NCBI GenBank assembly: GCA_964016885.1 | Contig: OZ024742.1 | Location: forward strand, 352,966,001-353,030,000 | DNA: 64,000 nt | Direction of reading: 5' to 3' | Source of the DNA: Eledone cirrhosa | Taxonomy: Eukaryota | Part shown: in pieces, positions 1-17,250 of the stretch | How the letters are laid out: each line of letters opens with the position of its first letter | Position numbering within the stretch: the first letter of the stretch is position 1 | Position numbers and translations under genes: made by a program | The notes under the pieces: model-generated | What the model saw: only the letters and a program-made list of their open reading frames with translations | Database searches by the model: none | What the model was told of the DNA's origin: nothing

Positions 1-747
1 AGTAAAAAGTGGAGAGGGAGGAGTATAATGAGGAAGGATGAGATAGGAGGAGAGATGGGTGATAGAGAGAGAGAGATAGCTTTTATAACTGAGAAAGATA
101 TATTGTTTTACATAGAGAGGTTGAAAACCGTTGGAAGATAATGTATAAATTAAAAGAATTGGAAAATTAACGAAGAGAAAAATAATGTAAAGTTAAGGTT
201 TGTATATTGAGGGGTTTGATAATATGTGCGATGAAAAAGAAAATGTTAATATGTATTTAGAATAATATTTAAGGGTTTAATAATATGTGCGATGTTAAGA
301 AAATGTTGATATGTATTATTAAAAGGAACACCAGGTTATTTAAGTAAGGAAATATTGTGAGATGAGCATGAATGAGTTAGATGAAAGGGAGAAAAGAATA
401 ATGAATTGAGGCTGAATAATCTAACGTCAAAAAAATGTATATGTTTACGAAGGGTTTTTACAAGGTGATATAGAGTAAGAATGTATTGTATTATGTAATA
501 ATTGATTCTATGTTAGGCAAGAGTGAGAAAAGGTACACATTAAGGGTTAGACATTAAAAGGAGAAGAGAAGAAAGGGAAGTGATAAATAGGAGCGATGTA
601 GAATGAGTAACAAGTATTATAGAATGTATAATAACCTTTGAAATAAGGTAGAAAGATGGGTATATTTTTAAAAGATGTGTGTATATATATATATATATAT
701 ATATGTGCCTTTGAGAAAAAGATTCTAAATTGATAAAAAATTGAATA

Positions 748-1653
748 TTAGCTGTATACTTTGTGAAATGTTTTATGGAATTTATGCAAGCAGATAGAAA
801 ACAAGTCAGTGCGTCTATTTATTATAGAATCTACATTAGAAATAATGGTAAATTTTTCATTTAGACAGATATTGCAAATTTTGGATAGAGAACTGTTCAA
901 GTATGCAGAAGAAACCTTCTTCCAAAAGATGCTATATTTAATACTTTTGTCTTTCAAGGACCATATGAGTTCTGAGAGAGCCGTATTGGTTCTTTTAAGC
1001 TTGTATTTAAAAGACGAATGATGGTTATAAAGACGAGCTTTAAAGGAGGTGGAAGTGGAGCCAAAATAGGTGAAGGAATTGGTGTCAGTTATAACTTTAC
1101 ATTCGTAAATTAAGTTTTTATCAAGACAATGGTTGTTGAGAGGACATTTATTTTTAATAGGGCAATTGCAATTGCGATTAGAGAGATTATTAATGAGTGA
1201 CCTAGTGTTATCTATAGAAGGAATTGGATTGGAGAAGTTATTTGCAATAGGAATAATAGTTTCTTGATTTAGAATGTGATTAAGAACATTTAGCGAAGTT
1301 GTGTTTGACGTTGTATTTGGGTTTGTAGAAATTAGCCTAGGGTCTACAATGACGTCGGGAGTACTATTACTATTATTATGATATTCAGTGTTGGAAGGAA
1401 GAGATTTAGTATTAAGTATTTTATTGTTGTGTTTAGAGATAACGTTGGAAATGTTGGAGGATGTAGAATAGGAACAGTTTATAGTGTGTTTGTTAAATAT
1501 TTTACTATAGATATGTGAGGGAGGGAAGCATTTATTTAAGGCACTAAATATTAATTTAGGAATATTGTTATTAATAGAGATGGAGAAAGGAGCATTGTAC
1601 AAGATTATGTTTTTTGTATCTAGGTATTTTATTAAAGTTATTGGAATGATCAT
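748..1653 (-). mobile_element. Penelope-like element 3' part: linker + Cys-rich region + GIY-YIG endonuclease (5'-truncated)
   Basis: ORF contains CNCPIKNKCPLNNHCLDKNLIYECKV...TYFGSTSTSFKARLYNH...TALSELIWSLK...CNICLNEK, the typical PLE Cys-rich linker plus GIY-YIG. Truncated near a (TA)n tract at ~1700. Confidence 0.85.
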
Positions 1654-1698
1654 GATTAATTATTCTACTGTAATTTCTTCTAGAATTTGTTTCTTCAC

Positions 1699-1754
<56 letters not shown>

Positions 1755-1912
1755 TGTGTATATTGGAAAATGATTTTTTTTTTTTCAAAATGTCTTATTA
1801 CTAATTCATACTTATTCCTAATTAAACTCTTTTTCACTGGGAATATGTTGTCAGCATTTTCTTTTCCTTTTTACTAATATATCACTCGTGTGTCAGTCAC
1901 ACCTCTATTTTT

Positions 1913-1934
<22 letters not shown>

Positions 1935-1952
<18 letters not shown>

Positions 1953-2500
1953 GTATTAAGGATACTATTTATGGTTATGTATATACGAAAACCTTTTATA
2001 GTTATATATATGATAAACCCGAAATAGTAAAAGACAGTTATTTATTACCTTATTACCAGTAATATAAATAGCTCAATGTAATAACATCAGTTGTTCTAGA
2101 GAGCAGTTATATAGAAATTACATGAATCAAAGTTCTGTTTAAACCATTTATTCGCTTACAATTGTTTCTTCCAAACCGAGGTTTGGATCGTTCGGAGCAA
2201 TTTTTCAATGATTTTTTACATACTTGACCTCCTTTCCAACACAGAGACATATAGAAACATATGTATATACTGATGCACAGTGGGTTGACATCCATTATAA
2301 TAATATAGCATGGCAATTTACATACAAAGATTAAAGTCATATTAAAGGACAAAATTAAAGTTAAAATACAACATTGGTAGTTTACGAAGATAAAGCAAGA
2401 GGATAGTTTGAAGTAGTTAGTGTATGCAATAGTTACACGTGGGGCATGCACGTGTGTCTTATTTATATAAGATTATAGTGCGGCAGGGTGTTATATGTAA
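1935..2500 (-). repeat. Non-coding dispersed repeat (probable PLE pseudo-LTR); diverged relative of 59160-59700
   Basis: Blocks shared with 59160-59460, e.g. tactatttatggttatgt, ccttattaccagtaa, gctcaatgta, ccaaaccgaggtttggat. Confidence 0.7.
2154..2199 (-). ncRNA. Degenerate minimal hammerhead ribozyme (palindromic stem III CAATTG)
   Basis: Minus strand reads tgct-ccgaacga-tccaaacc-tc-ggtttgga-a-GAAA-caattg-TA-agc. The core is non-canonical. Confidence 0.5.
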
Positions 2501-2545
2501 TACAATCAGTTTACGCAGGCAATCAAGAGTATTATCGGGGTTGTA

Positions 2546-5590
<3,045 letters not shown>

Positions 5591-5733
5591 CTGAATAGAG
5601 AAGGATCAGAAACTGAGTTTTTCCAACTAATCTTCCATAACTCGTTGAGTAACCCTCACCGTACGTCGACTCTATCTAGTTCAGTAATTAACCATTACTG
5701 CATTCTGATAATCGTAAGCATGTCTTGCATAAC

Positions 5734-5781
<48 letters not shown>

Positions 5782-6747
5782 ACACATATTCATATTTCTA
5801 AAATTATCTAGAATGGATTCGCAATAGAAAGTGGAGTAAGGTATGAGAAACTGTCATTAAAATAGCTCTCATGTTTTTCTTATTACTGCATACACACACA
5901 CACACACACAAATCACACCCTCACCCACATACACACACACACGCTCACATCACATTCTCACCCACATGCACACACACACACACATCACACTATCAACCAC
6001 ACACACATACACATCACACTCTCACCCGCATACACACACTCGCACAGATCACACTCACCCACATGCACTCATACATACAATATATATGTCAGACCACTGT
6101 AAAGCCCTCCCCAAACATACAATCATTTACAAGCTGCCAGCAGACGCCAGCAAACGCACAAAGCTTGCTTTGTGAGGAGGGTGATTTTGGAGACCCTTAA
6201 AGATGAAAGTCATGAATATCAGACAAAGTTCGAAATAATTAGCGATCTTCAACGGCCTTTCGGTAACATATAAATCCATAAGGGTAGACTTAGCTTATTA
6301 GTCTTGACAGTCTCTGTGTAGAAGGATTATTACAATATCAAACACGAGATAGATGAGTCTCCTCTATAACCTTGATGACAATGTTTCATGTGATTAATAG
6401 ATTCATCTTTCTGATGAAGGCAGATGAGCTGTGCCCCGGTAACTAGTTCTAAGTAGTGGTTAGACTCTCAAACGCCATTAGTACCGATGAGATTCATGGG
6501 CATACAGCATCATATGGTAGTTTATTGGAGCAATTATCCATGGCTCATAACTCACAGCAATGAAGGTGTATATATATATATAAATATATATCTATATATA
6601 TTGTTATACTTTGGGAGGGTCATGTTGCCAATAAGAAACACACGCACCATCGCTTTAACTTCAATTTATTATAATAAATTTATAAATTTAGGAATTTATA
6701 AATTTCCGGTTGGTTGGTTGGTTCCACAACCAGATGATTGTTAATAT

Positions 6748-9041
6748 AAGTATTTAGAAGTTGGTAAGGTTGCCACGAAGAACAAGGTTTGGTAGAAAGA
6801 TATGATAGGAATATCGACCACGACTTTAGCTTGTTTTTACATTATTTACTAACAAAGGTTGAGCTGGCATGCCAAGAGAAATGAAATAATTCAATTAAGA
6901 TTACAAGAGAAAATACGGTCGACTGGCTGAGGCGTTTAGCCAATTCCGTAGTAAAATTGCTGTGTCGTTACATATTGTTTGTGCTGGCGGAGCAAAAGAA
7001 CAAGTGCTGTTTACATTAGCACGGTCTAGCTGGAAGTGATTGCGTCCTCAAATCTTTGCGGGCTATTTCTCCCTCAGAACGCGTAGGGATACATCCCCTT
7101 CTACTGGCGCTGATTGGCTAAGGTGAGCCAAATCACGCACAGAGAATGTATGTGAGCCCGCGGAATGTCGGTCAACTCATCACCTCCGAGCAGATTTTTA
7201 GCCGATAATCGTTAACGATGAAGCCGAGGACCCACAGATAATTGAATCAACAAGAACAAATGCTGAAAGAGCACATCATTGAAAAAATAATTCAGCAGAA
7301 AGATGCATGCAAGAAAAAAAAATGAGGCGCGACGGGCCGTGTTGAGCCGCTGTCAAATCACTAGCTGTTTTGTAGTTTATACGTGACCACCAAAGGTCTA
7401 CCTGTCTTGCATTAAATGTTAATGGTAAGTGTTGTACCAGTAGCTCTGGCGAGAAAATGATGGCCTCCCAGATGTAGTGCCGAATGTGCTAGGGAGCCAG
7501 GAAAAAATGGCTGGTTGCTTTGAAAAGAAAAAAAAGCAAGTTGAATCTGTAGGTGGGTTGTAGTTCCATGTAATACAACAAAGAAAATGTGTGCGTGCGG
7601 TCAATATACAATGATAGTGAGAAATGAATTTTCATATAATACAGTTTAAAAAAAATAAATGTTCAAAATAAATGCCTGAAAAAAAAAAGGAAGAAAGAAA
7701 GAATTGTTTCTTTTCCTTTAACAAAAAGTTCGCTTCTTTTTTCTTTGGGATCGTTCTGACTAAGAAGCTAGCAGAGTTGTTGTTGTTAAAGCAAAGTCAC
7801 AATGAATCTTCTGTAGAGTAGAAGTCGAGCGTTGAAGAACCAATAGTCACCGATATGGCAGCCACGTCAGACGCCATAATGGTGAGAAAACTAATGTCTT
7901 AATTTCTCGAGTCCTTGTGGTAACGAGACAGAAGGTATGGTGGTTGCGTCGGTAAAGTTAAAAGCCGTTTCCTGGTGTTGGTTAATAGTTAGCCATGTGA
8001 TGCTGCTGATGGCTGGTACTTGGTGGTAGCCGTTTTGAAATATCCTCGTGGCGAAAAGTTTTTGAAATACTGCTAATTTGTCTCTTTAAAAAATATTCTA
8101 AAGAAAATGTTAACAAAAAAAATAAATTTCCAATAAAACCATTTCGTAAGAAAATCCAAGATGGCTGATTGAAAAATGTGCCTGTGATGAAGAAGCCGTA
8201 ATGTGGCACGATGCAGCCAATCAGATCGCTGGTACTGAAGAAGACAAGCTGAACGCGGGAAAACAAAATTTGTGAGTCTCCATTTGCAACCTCAACAGTA
8301 GGCTGAAAGCAAAATTCTATATCGAGAAATTTTTTGTTAGTCGTCGAAAAAACTCTTTCTATTGTGTTGTATGTTTGTGTTCGTCTGTATGCGTGCTTCA
8401 ACAAATGGAATATTATGAATGTTATGGACTTACGCTAACTGAGTGTAGCTACCCGATTCGAACATTCCAAATGTTAAGCCATTCCACATTGCCGTTAAAA
8501 CGAATGGCGAATTCAAATAGGCTGCGTTTTCATTCATAATCGTCGAGGGGTGCCAATAAAGGAAAGGAATGTTTCTCTTTGTTGAATATAAGTCACCAAT
8601 TTAGCGGAGAAGTATTTAGAAGTTGGTAAGGTTGCCACGAGGAACCAGGTTTGGTAGAAAGATATGATAGGAATATCGACCACGACTTTAGCTTATTTTA
8701 ACATTATTTATTAACAAAGGTTGAGCTGGCATGCCAAGAGAAATGAAATAATTCAATTAAGATTACAAGAGAAAATACGGTCGACTGGCTGAGGCGTTCA
8801 GCCAATTCCGTAGTAAAATTGCTGTGTCGTTACATATTGTTTGTGCTGGAGGAGCAAAAGAACAAGTGATGTTTACATTAGCACGGTCTAGCTGGAAGTG
8901 ATTGCGTCCTGAAATCTTTGCGGGCTATTTCTCCCTCAGAACGCGTAGGGGTGCATCCTCTTCTACTGGCGCTGATTGGCTGAGCTGAGCCAAATCACGC
9001 ACAGAGAATGTATGTGAGCCCGCGGAATGTAGGTCACTACA
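6748..9041 (-). mobile_element. Small non-autonomous LTR retroelement (two ~432-bp LTRs, ~1.4-kb decayed interior)
   Basis: Near-identical direct repeats at 6748-7179 and 8610-9041. The minus-strand LTR begins TGTAGTGACC. A PBS-like TGGTGAC lies at 8598-8592 and a purine-rich ggaggtga precedes the other LTR. No intact gag/pol. Confidence 0.8.
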
Positions 9042-9623
9042 GTTCTTTCGTCACGCATTCTGTGACTCTTCAATGACTGGGGATTATTTTCTTTGTTTTT
9101 GTGCCTCTCCTTTGTTCTGTTCTACGCCATTTTGTTTTTGTGTGTGCTGTGTGCTTAGTTTGCGCATGTTATACATCCGGGTGTCTGTTGGTGTTTATAT
9201 TTGTTTATTTATTTGTTTATTTACATGTTACTGGTTGGTTGTTTGTTCTATGTGCTAAAATAGAACATAAGGTTAAATTAGTGAACATAGAAATAAAGAT
9301 AGAATCTACACACATAAAAGACGCAATGTTCAGACAAATCACAGAGGCAATAAACATAAATGAACTCCAACCGAAACTAAATGGAAATCATGAATGGAAC
9401 AGCAACATCACAACTTACAATTAAGGACAAAATGAAAACACACATGCACATAGAACAAACAACGAACCAGTAACATGTAAATAAACAAATAAAGAATGAA
9501 ATATAAACACATACAAACACCCGGATGTAACACATGCGCAAACTAAGCACACACCACACACAAAAACAAGATAGCGTATGACAGAACAAAGGAGAGGCAC
9601 AAACATAAAGAAAATAATCCCCA

Positions 9624-9666
9624 GTCACTGAAGAGATCACATAATGTGTGACGAAAGAACTTTGAC
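9624..9666 (+). ncRNA. Minimal type I hammerhead ribozyme in PLE pLTR
   Basis: gtca-CTGAAGA-g(a)tcacataatgtgtgac-GAAA-gaac-TT-tgac, with stem I gtca/tgac. Homologues at 9042-9077(-), ~21625-21668(-) and 31951-31992(-); the last has a covarying stem II gttgca/tgcaac. Confidence 0.7.
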
Positions 9667-10874
9667 AATATATAAACAATCATCTGGTTGTGGAACCAAC
9701 CAACCGGAAATTTATAAATTCCTAAATGAATAAATTTATTATAATAAATGGAAGTGATAGCAACTGGTGCTTGTGTTTCTTATTGGCAACATGACCCTCC
9801 CAAAGTATAACAATATCGGTTTCAACACACGTTTTCAGATAAAGAATATTGCTAAACAAATTCAGAAACGAAATATATATATATCAATAATATTAGTAAA
9901 TGGAAACTATATTTATAAAAAACATTTATTTTATTATACGTATTTCAAGGGTAGTAATGTTGTATTACGCTTTCGTTAGATAAACTACAATAATTGTTGT
10001 AAAGATAGTGATATATCTTCATGTTAACTTCATGTTATAAGTTCATATATACATAAATTTCACGGTGGCTAGACCGGGGAATAGGCTTGCAGAACACAGG
10101 CAGAGATTGATGTGCATCGCACTCGGATTTTTCATTCGTTTCCCTCTCAGCCTCACTCTCACACTCTCTTTTTATGTATACATTTTTACATCATGTGTAT
10201 ATGAATTAAATTAGATAACGAGAAAGAAAGATGAGGATAGATAACAGACCGAATAATTTAAATGTTAAATATTTTTGAGATATAGAAATAGATTAAAGGG
10301 AATAGATGGAAGAAATAAGAATAGTTTATGGAAATGCCTGACTGAGAACATTACCAATATCATATTCCAAATATTATATTTTTAAATATTGTTATCAAAA
10401 TACATTTATGACATGGTCATCATTTTGTCATTTACATTTTTTCCTCATACATTATATACTAATAATATAAATTGTTTTTCTCGCTGCCGCCCTAGAACCC
10501 CCACGAAGCTATGATGGCATTCAGAACTTTACACTATTCTATCCTTATAAAATTGTCGCATGTCCTATGAATTGTTCTATACATGTTTACGTCACTGATA
10601 AGCAGATAAAATGTATAGCATATGTCTACATCATTTTCCAGTAATTATATATAGTTGTTAGAATTTATGTTGCTTGCAGCACTCTATCTATTCCCATATC
10701 TCTTCGCCCACTACATATTTTGCATTTGTGTCATTGAATTTATGTAAAGTTACATATGAAGTTCAATTGAAATCTAAATTCAATTTGTAAACACGTTCTA
10801 GGAATAACTCTATTTCTTTCATTAAAACAACTGTTATCTTTTCTACAGAGATATCGTAGCCATGTTTTGTTATA

Positions 10875-11058
10875 TAATTATTTCTATTTTTGGCACAAGG
10901 CCAGCAATTATTCCAGTGTGTTACTGGTACTTTATATTATCGACCCTGTAAGGATGAAAGGCAAAGTTAACCTTGGCGGCATTTGAACTCAGAACATAAA
11001 ACGGGCGTAACTCTATGCTACAGAGTATGCCGTCCGACCCTCTACTGATACTGCCAAT
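10875..11058 (-). mobile_element. tRNA-derived SINE
   Basis: Reverse complement of the family at 23049: A-box-like tggcagtatcag, B-box gagttcaaat, gcctttcatcct...gtcgataa...agtaccagt, tail gctggccttgtgccaaaa. Confidence 0.85.
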
Positions 11059-12189
11059 ATTGATGATATAGTTTATAGCGGAACATATGTTCTGAATATT
11101 AAAAATGTCACCAATACTTTCGGCATCAGCATCATCCGAATTGCGACCACAATCGAACATTCTTGACGAAGTCTCTTCACAATTCACTCTTTTACTTTGC
11201 ATTTAGTAATAGCTCGGTATAGAGTTTGTATGGAGGTTAATCGATGAAGGTTCAATCAGGTCTTCCTCTACTGCGTCTCCCACGAGTTGTTTCCCACAAT
11301 CGCAGTTTGTGTATAACTTCCAGCAATATATTGCAAATCTTTGAAAAAGTTCATATCAATGTCCAATGTCTCAAGGGAAAACTAATTAGTAGTAACGAAG
11401 AGGAAAGAATTAAAAAGTGTCTATTCTAAATGCATTCTTCCTCCGACTAAATAAAACATACTAAAAGGAATCTGGATGAGGCTTATACCATAGAAGAAAA
11501 AAACTACATTAGGGCGTATTTGGAACTATTGCATAATAACCTTGTAAATCGAAAGGGTAAGTTTGAATGTAGTGGTACATACGGAATAACTGGAAGAAAG
11601 CAATCCAGCCAGGGTACGACAATAGTTGAAACCCCCTGTGGATAGTTGAAGGAAATATTTACACAATATCTGAGCCACAGCCTATTAAATTTAGTTATTT
11701 TACAACGCAGTATTGGAAGGTTCAATCAAGACTGTCACAAACAAATTATTTAGAGGCTTGGACAATATACCAACACGATTATGGAATGTTTGCATGAATG
11801 ATTAACTTTTTGAAATTTACAAAATGACCTTCAGAGGAATTGTGTCTCCAACCAAGAAGGGTACTTGATATATACAGTAAATTATGGAGGAAATGTTTTT
11901 TCAAAGTTGCAGTTAAAATGTACAACACATCGCTACTAAACAGAATAAGATGACTTGTAGTCTTGAAACTTAGAATACATACAAATGGTTTCAAACAGAA
12001 TAGATAGACTCTCTCACACATATTAACACCGCGATGTTAATAGAAGGTGTCAGATACAATAACCTGAAAACTGTTCTGATTTTTATTTATTTCAAAATGG
12101 ATGTTGATGCCATCAATGAAGGTAAGCATTTGTCAATCCTAGTTACATATGTCATACATGATGCCAAAGTTCTCCTTAAGTACTCTACA

Positions 12190-14520
12190 TAAACATGGGC
12201 GTTCAGATTCTCTCTTCTGGTAGGCCATACCGAATTGTTCCAGTTCCCTTGTTTTATCATCCCGAGTGTGCCGTCTATTACTGGTATTCCACAGGCTTTA
12301 AGATTCCACATTTTCTCAATTCCAATTTACTTCTCAATTACAATTGTTACTTACTGAGCTTTTCAAACACTTTCAATGAGTTAGCATGTGATGGAATAGT
12401 GATGTCAATTAAGAAACATTTTCTTTCTATGGTCCTTGATAACATTGGTCAGTTGGTGGCCTTTATCGTTCGACCAATGTCCACAGGTATGTCCCAGAGC
12501 TTTCCGAAATCTTTCAAGGAGATGTTATTATCTGATGGAATGCTCAGGTCAATTAAGTAACATGTTTTCTCTTTATTGTCTACAACTAAACTTTTATCAG
12601 GGCTGTTGACCTTGATTGTTCAGTCAGGGTTCACAGGGGAAGTCCCAGAGGATTGGTGCGCTATCGCATCCTGATAATGCATCTGTGTTATGATTGTGAC
12701 ATTTTCCCGCTATGTCAGCCTACAAAACATGCACTTTACCCAAGGCAAGTATCACTCCTCTCTATCATGCCTCGTTTTATATTCCTGGGCAGCTAATACC
12801 AGGCAGCCTTAAACCAGTTCCATTTCTTATTACATTGGCTTGAAGGTTGCGTGTTGGTCTTGTGCAGCTAAAATGAACCCTTCACTCTCTTCATTTAGCT
12901 CAGAAATCTGTAGCCGCTGATGGGTGAGAGATTGATCTACATCCGGTTCTTTTCTATGCAGAACACACTGCCCATGCAGTGGTTTTTGCTCCCATTTAGT
13001 GCACAGTCACTTTAGGCCTTCATATTTTACCAACACTTTGACATTCTTTGCGGCTTTAATTGCAGAATTGCCATTATTATTTTCAAACTGTATTCCTAGT
13101 TCTTCCACAAACTTCCTCCCTTCCTTTGTGACTGAATGTACCTTTTCATCCCTTCTTGGTATGTAACCGTTTTCATCATCTACTCATCTGTGGCTTTAAG
13201 GCACTGATTCATTCGAATTGTCGATATCCTGTATAAAAGCTAAAGCTGGATCATTCCTCTACCTCCATTTTGTCTAGGGATACAGAGGCGATCCACATCT
13301 TCTGTTGGGTGATCTGTTCTATTACAGGTCAATGTTTCCTGATTTTGGTGTCGATTCTCTTAATTTCGTTAACCCTCCAATTTATAATATTGAAACTGTT
13401 GCTGACAACAGGGATTGCAAGCGCATTTATGGCACATAATTTATTTCTCCAGTTAAGCTCTGTTTTTATGACAGCACATACTCTCGGGTAGTATATCTTC
13501 CAGATTCTCTCTTTCATGGTGGTGTGGTGAATGCCTTGGCCTTCATTGATCCCTAAATATATGTAGGTTTGTTCTTGTTCCGGTTTCCTAATTATTCTAT
13601 TCACCTCTATTTCCATTGAGTGTGTGCTTCTCATTTTCCCTTTCCTAAATGTTGCTTTGTCACATTTCGTCATTCCAAACTCCATCCCTACATCATCGCT
13701 GAATACCTTAACAGTCTTCAGCAGTCCTTCAGTTCGTATCACTGTTGGCGTACAGCTTCAAGTTATCAATATAAACAGGTAATTTGCGGTCTATTTTGTA
13801 ACCATGTTTAGTTCTGTTGAATGCTAAAGACAAAGTTGTGAGTGCAATGTAAAATATGAGAGAAGAAAACGAATCACCATGAAAGATTATGCTGTTGGAA
13901 TTTATAATCGCATCCCTTTGTAGCAACGGTCGGGTTGTATTCCTTATGCATTATTACAGGAAGTATGTTGTTACAGATGGAATTTTCAGACATTGCATAT
14001 GTTACAACATTCATGTGTGTGGAACACTGACAAATATATTATTATAGTCAATTGAAGCAGTAATCTGATTTCCATACACTTTATGATAATATTTCAGAAT
14101 GATGCGGTTAATGAGAAGTCGTTCTTTGGACATGTAAGACCCATGATGACAACCTTTTGGCTCAATCGCCAATAGCTGATTTTCACCCATAAATTAGTAG
14201 GTTGTCTCAGTCAAGATTGATGTGAGAATTGTGTATGATGTGGGGAGGCAAGTGATATGTCGATAATGCTTTTTGAGTATTAGTTTCTTTCGACTATGGT
14301 CTGAAATATGTTATATCCTGTTGAAACCAATAGGGTTTGCACAATTTTGTTATAACATTTTACCAACATTTCATGGTAGACGTTAGAAAAGGCTACCAGA
14401 AGTTTGACACTTGATCAACGACAGGTGATTTCAATGTGCTTGCTTTCTTTAGTGCAAACTCCAGTTCTTCCACTTATGTTTTACCAATTTTTTTTCCTAA
14501 ATTATCTGATATTTCTTCCA
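12190..14520 (-). mobile_element. Old R4/Dong-like (RT-RLE) non-LTR retrotransposon remnant, apparently two fused copies
   Basis: Fragments IFHGDSFSSLIF, YIDNLKLYA, VKVFSDDVGMEFGMTKC, YLGINE and IPVIDGTLGMI are collinear with ORF 55850-58174. The RLE region is present twice (~12340-12500 and ~12510-12650). Confidence 0.8.
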
Positions 14521-15789
14521 TGTAATGGGTCCATTAGTGTAGAATGAGTAAAAACTGTGTTAATATAGAAGTCAGATATTAAGGCAACCAAATATACTAT
14601 AATAAAATATCAATATTTTCAGTCGCTTATATCGGCTCAGTTGTCATAAGATTCTTAACTGTGTTTCCTGGTATGTGGGGTTTGTGCTTTCAAGACGGGT
14701 GTAATTGAGTGATAGCATCTTCTGTTATCTCAATAGGTATTAATTATACTTATACAACAATTATATTTATAACGTCATTTTCAAGAAATATCAACCAATC
14801 ATTACTCCTACGCTTTAATGTTTCGGTCAATATATTCTGCTGACTAAACTATATATCATTCACATTTATAAATGAGATTTTATTTTGTGCAGTATCTATA
14901 TACATTGAGTTGATGGATAAGATATATTTATCAAAGTTACGCCTGACAGATTCTGCAAAATGGCTGTAGCTCAACATTACATTTTCCATTATACTTCCTG
15001 GATTAAGGATTGTTTGAATGAAGGTCAATTCTAGTATATAAGCCCTTAATATATTTATCAATGGTGACAATCAAATGAAATTTTAAATTCATTGCCATTA
15101 ATTTCATTTCAAAATTTACATTGATAGAAATAAATAATGAAATGTATATCGTCAATGCATTAACAATTCGGCTAATCTATCATTCTTTTTATCGGAGGAA
15201 GTAAAACGAACAATTCAATTAAATACTGACTACTGAAAAATATCAGAGTTCACAGAGCGTAATATTTCAGCATGGCAAATACATATTTCTTTGATAAATT
15301 GATTATGAGATTCTTGATTACCAACATCCGGACCAGTTAGCATGTGGTATTAATGGCTACAGAAGAAAATAATGAAACATTCTAATAAATAACGATATAT
15401 TGAGGTTGATCAGAAATATAAATGCCATAGCCATTTGATCAAAGTACTTATAGTGTTACGCATTAATTCAAAACCGTATCAACTTCACAAACATGTCAAA
15501 GTTAGGTAGCATGGAAAAATATATACATGCTGTTAATACTTAAATAAAATGTTGTTACTAGAATAAGGATACACATGTGTGGTAGTTGACATGAAATATA
15601 TATACGTATCTGCTAGCAAATAAAGTGTTATATCAAACTTGAGAAGATGGAATTGGAATGAACGCCACTACTTGCAGAAATCAGCACAATGATTGAACTA
15701 GAAACGCCTCATCTCACTTATGTGTCATTATAAATATGCTAGGCAGATCCACCTCAAATTACAGGCTCAATGATAGAAAGGTGAGGAAA

Positions 15790-17250
15790 TCAGGCAGCTC
15801 TTTGAGGAAGTGAATATTGAGACAGGACCCTTCGCCAGAGCGGAGCTACAGAGAGCAAAGGAGAAGATCAAGGAGGTCAAGGCCTATGGATAAGATGGAG
15901 TGGCATCAGCGGTGATGAATAAGTGTGATTTTGATTATATCATCCTGGAGTTCTGTAACCAAGCACTGGAGAAAGGAGTTGCCCCGAATCAGTGGAAGAT
16001 TAGTAGCATCGTCTCAGTGCCAAAGAGGAGAGATCTCTCTAAAACCAACAGCTACAAGGGTATCTCAATGACGTCATATGTGGCAAAGACCCACAACAGG
16101 ATCATTCTTAACAAGGATCCAGCCCGAGATGGAGGAGAAGATCAGGAACAAGGAGAACGTCTTCAGTGAGGGAAGATCAACCACCAGCCGTATCCTGATT
16201 CTGAGGAGGGTATTAGAGGGAGCTACAGAAAATAGCCTTACTGCTGTCATTGTTTTCATTGACGTTAGTAAGGCCTTTGATTGTGTGGCCCGTCACTGCC
16301 TGATCTCACTGCGTAACCCAACACCAGAGCCCAAGTGATTACACCTGATGGGATGACGAAGTGCTTTGAAATACTGGCTGGAGTGCTCCAGGGAGTTACA
16401 TTTGCTCCCTACCATTTTATCATTACCTTGCGCTGGTGAAACACCAGCACTGCGGCTTTACTGTAGCACTGGCTCAGAGCAGAAGAGTTAAAACTCACAA
16501 GATATCAGATGCTGAATTTTCTTAGGCGATAGCTCCGGTGACAAACACAGTGAAAGAGTCAGTGGAGTTGATGCAGGAGTTGGACACTGTGTCCATGAGC
16601 GTGCGTTTAAGAATGAATGAGATTAAGACGAAGTATCTATTAGAGAAAATTAAGAAGCCAGAGAAGAATATGAATATAGGCGGGTAGTCAATAGATTTAG
16701 TTGAGGACTTCCTATATCTCGCAGAACAGATTGGGTACACAGAAGATGATGTGGTTGAGAGGAAAAGCAAAGCCTGGGCGGCATGCCACAGTTTGAGATC
16801 GGTGTGGAAGTCAGACCTTCGTAAACACTTTAAGATCTATCTCTTCGTTGCTACAGCGGAGATTTGCTGCTGTACTGGTACGAGACTTGAACTCTAACCA
16901 AGAAACTAAACGAGGTGGTGCATGTGTGCTACAGGACACTGCTGAGGATGGCTCTGATCATTAATCAGTATACACTGAGGATGAAGGATTCAGAGATGTA
17001 GAGGTGCCTCCTAAAAGCCAGCTTGAAAGAAACACAGAGGGAACTGAGTCACCCTCACCGACATTCAGATTAGACATTGCACTCAGTAGTCCTGTAGGAG
17101 CGGCTACATGGACACACTAGAAGAGGGAGACCGAGATTTACATATATTGAAGTCCTAAGGACAGACAGTGGTCTTTGGGAGACGCAGAACATAGCGGCGA
17201 TGATGAAGAACAGAGAAGCTGATGAGAACTCGTCCATCGATCTCGAGAAT
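15790..17250 (+). mobile_element. Degenerate LINE reverse transcriptase (RTE-like)
   Basis: QWKISSIVSVPKRRDLSKTNSYKGISMTSYVAK, RSTTSRILILRRVLE, VFIDVSKAFD and GVLQG motifs with stops and frameshifts. Confidence 0.8.

Larger units (their letters stand above)
6596..9880 (+). mobile_element. Short 5'-truncated PLE (GIY-YIG C-terminus ~9255-9424, pLTR 9425-9880) with inverted pLTR 6596-6747 + 9042-9256 interrupted by an LTR element
   Basis: AKIEHK...DAMFRQITEAININELQPKLN matches the end of ORF 30891-31424. 6596-6747 and 9042-9256 are reverse complements of parts of 9440-9815. Confidence 0.85.

Noticed and set aside
6411-6450. HHR ctgatgaaggca...tgccccggtaactag
   Set aside because: GAAA is replaced by GGTAA and no stem I is found. 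At best a heavily decayed motif.
9815-9840. Antisense HHR ctgaaaacgtgtgttgaaacc (also ~21452 and ~34510)
   Set aside because: Core mismatch in all copies and no consistent stems.
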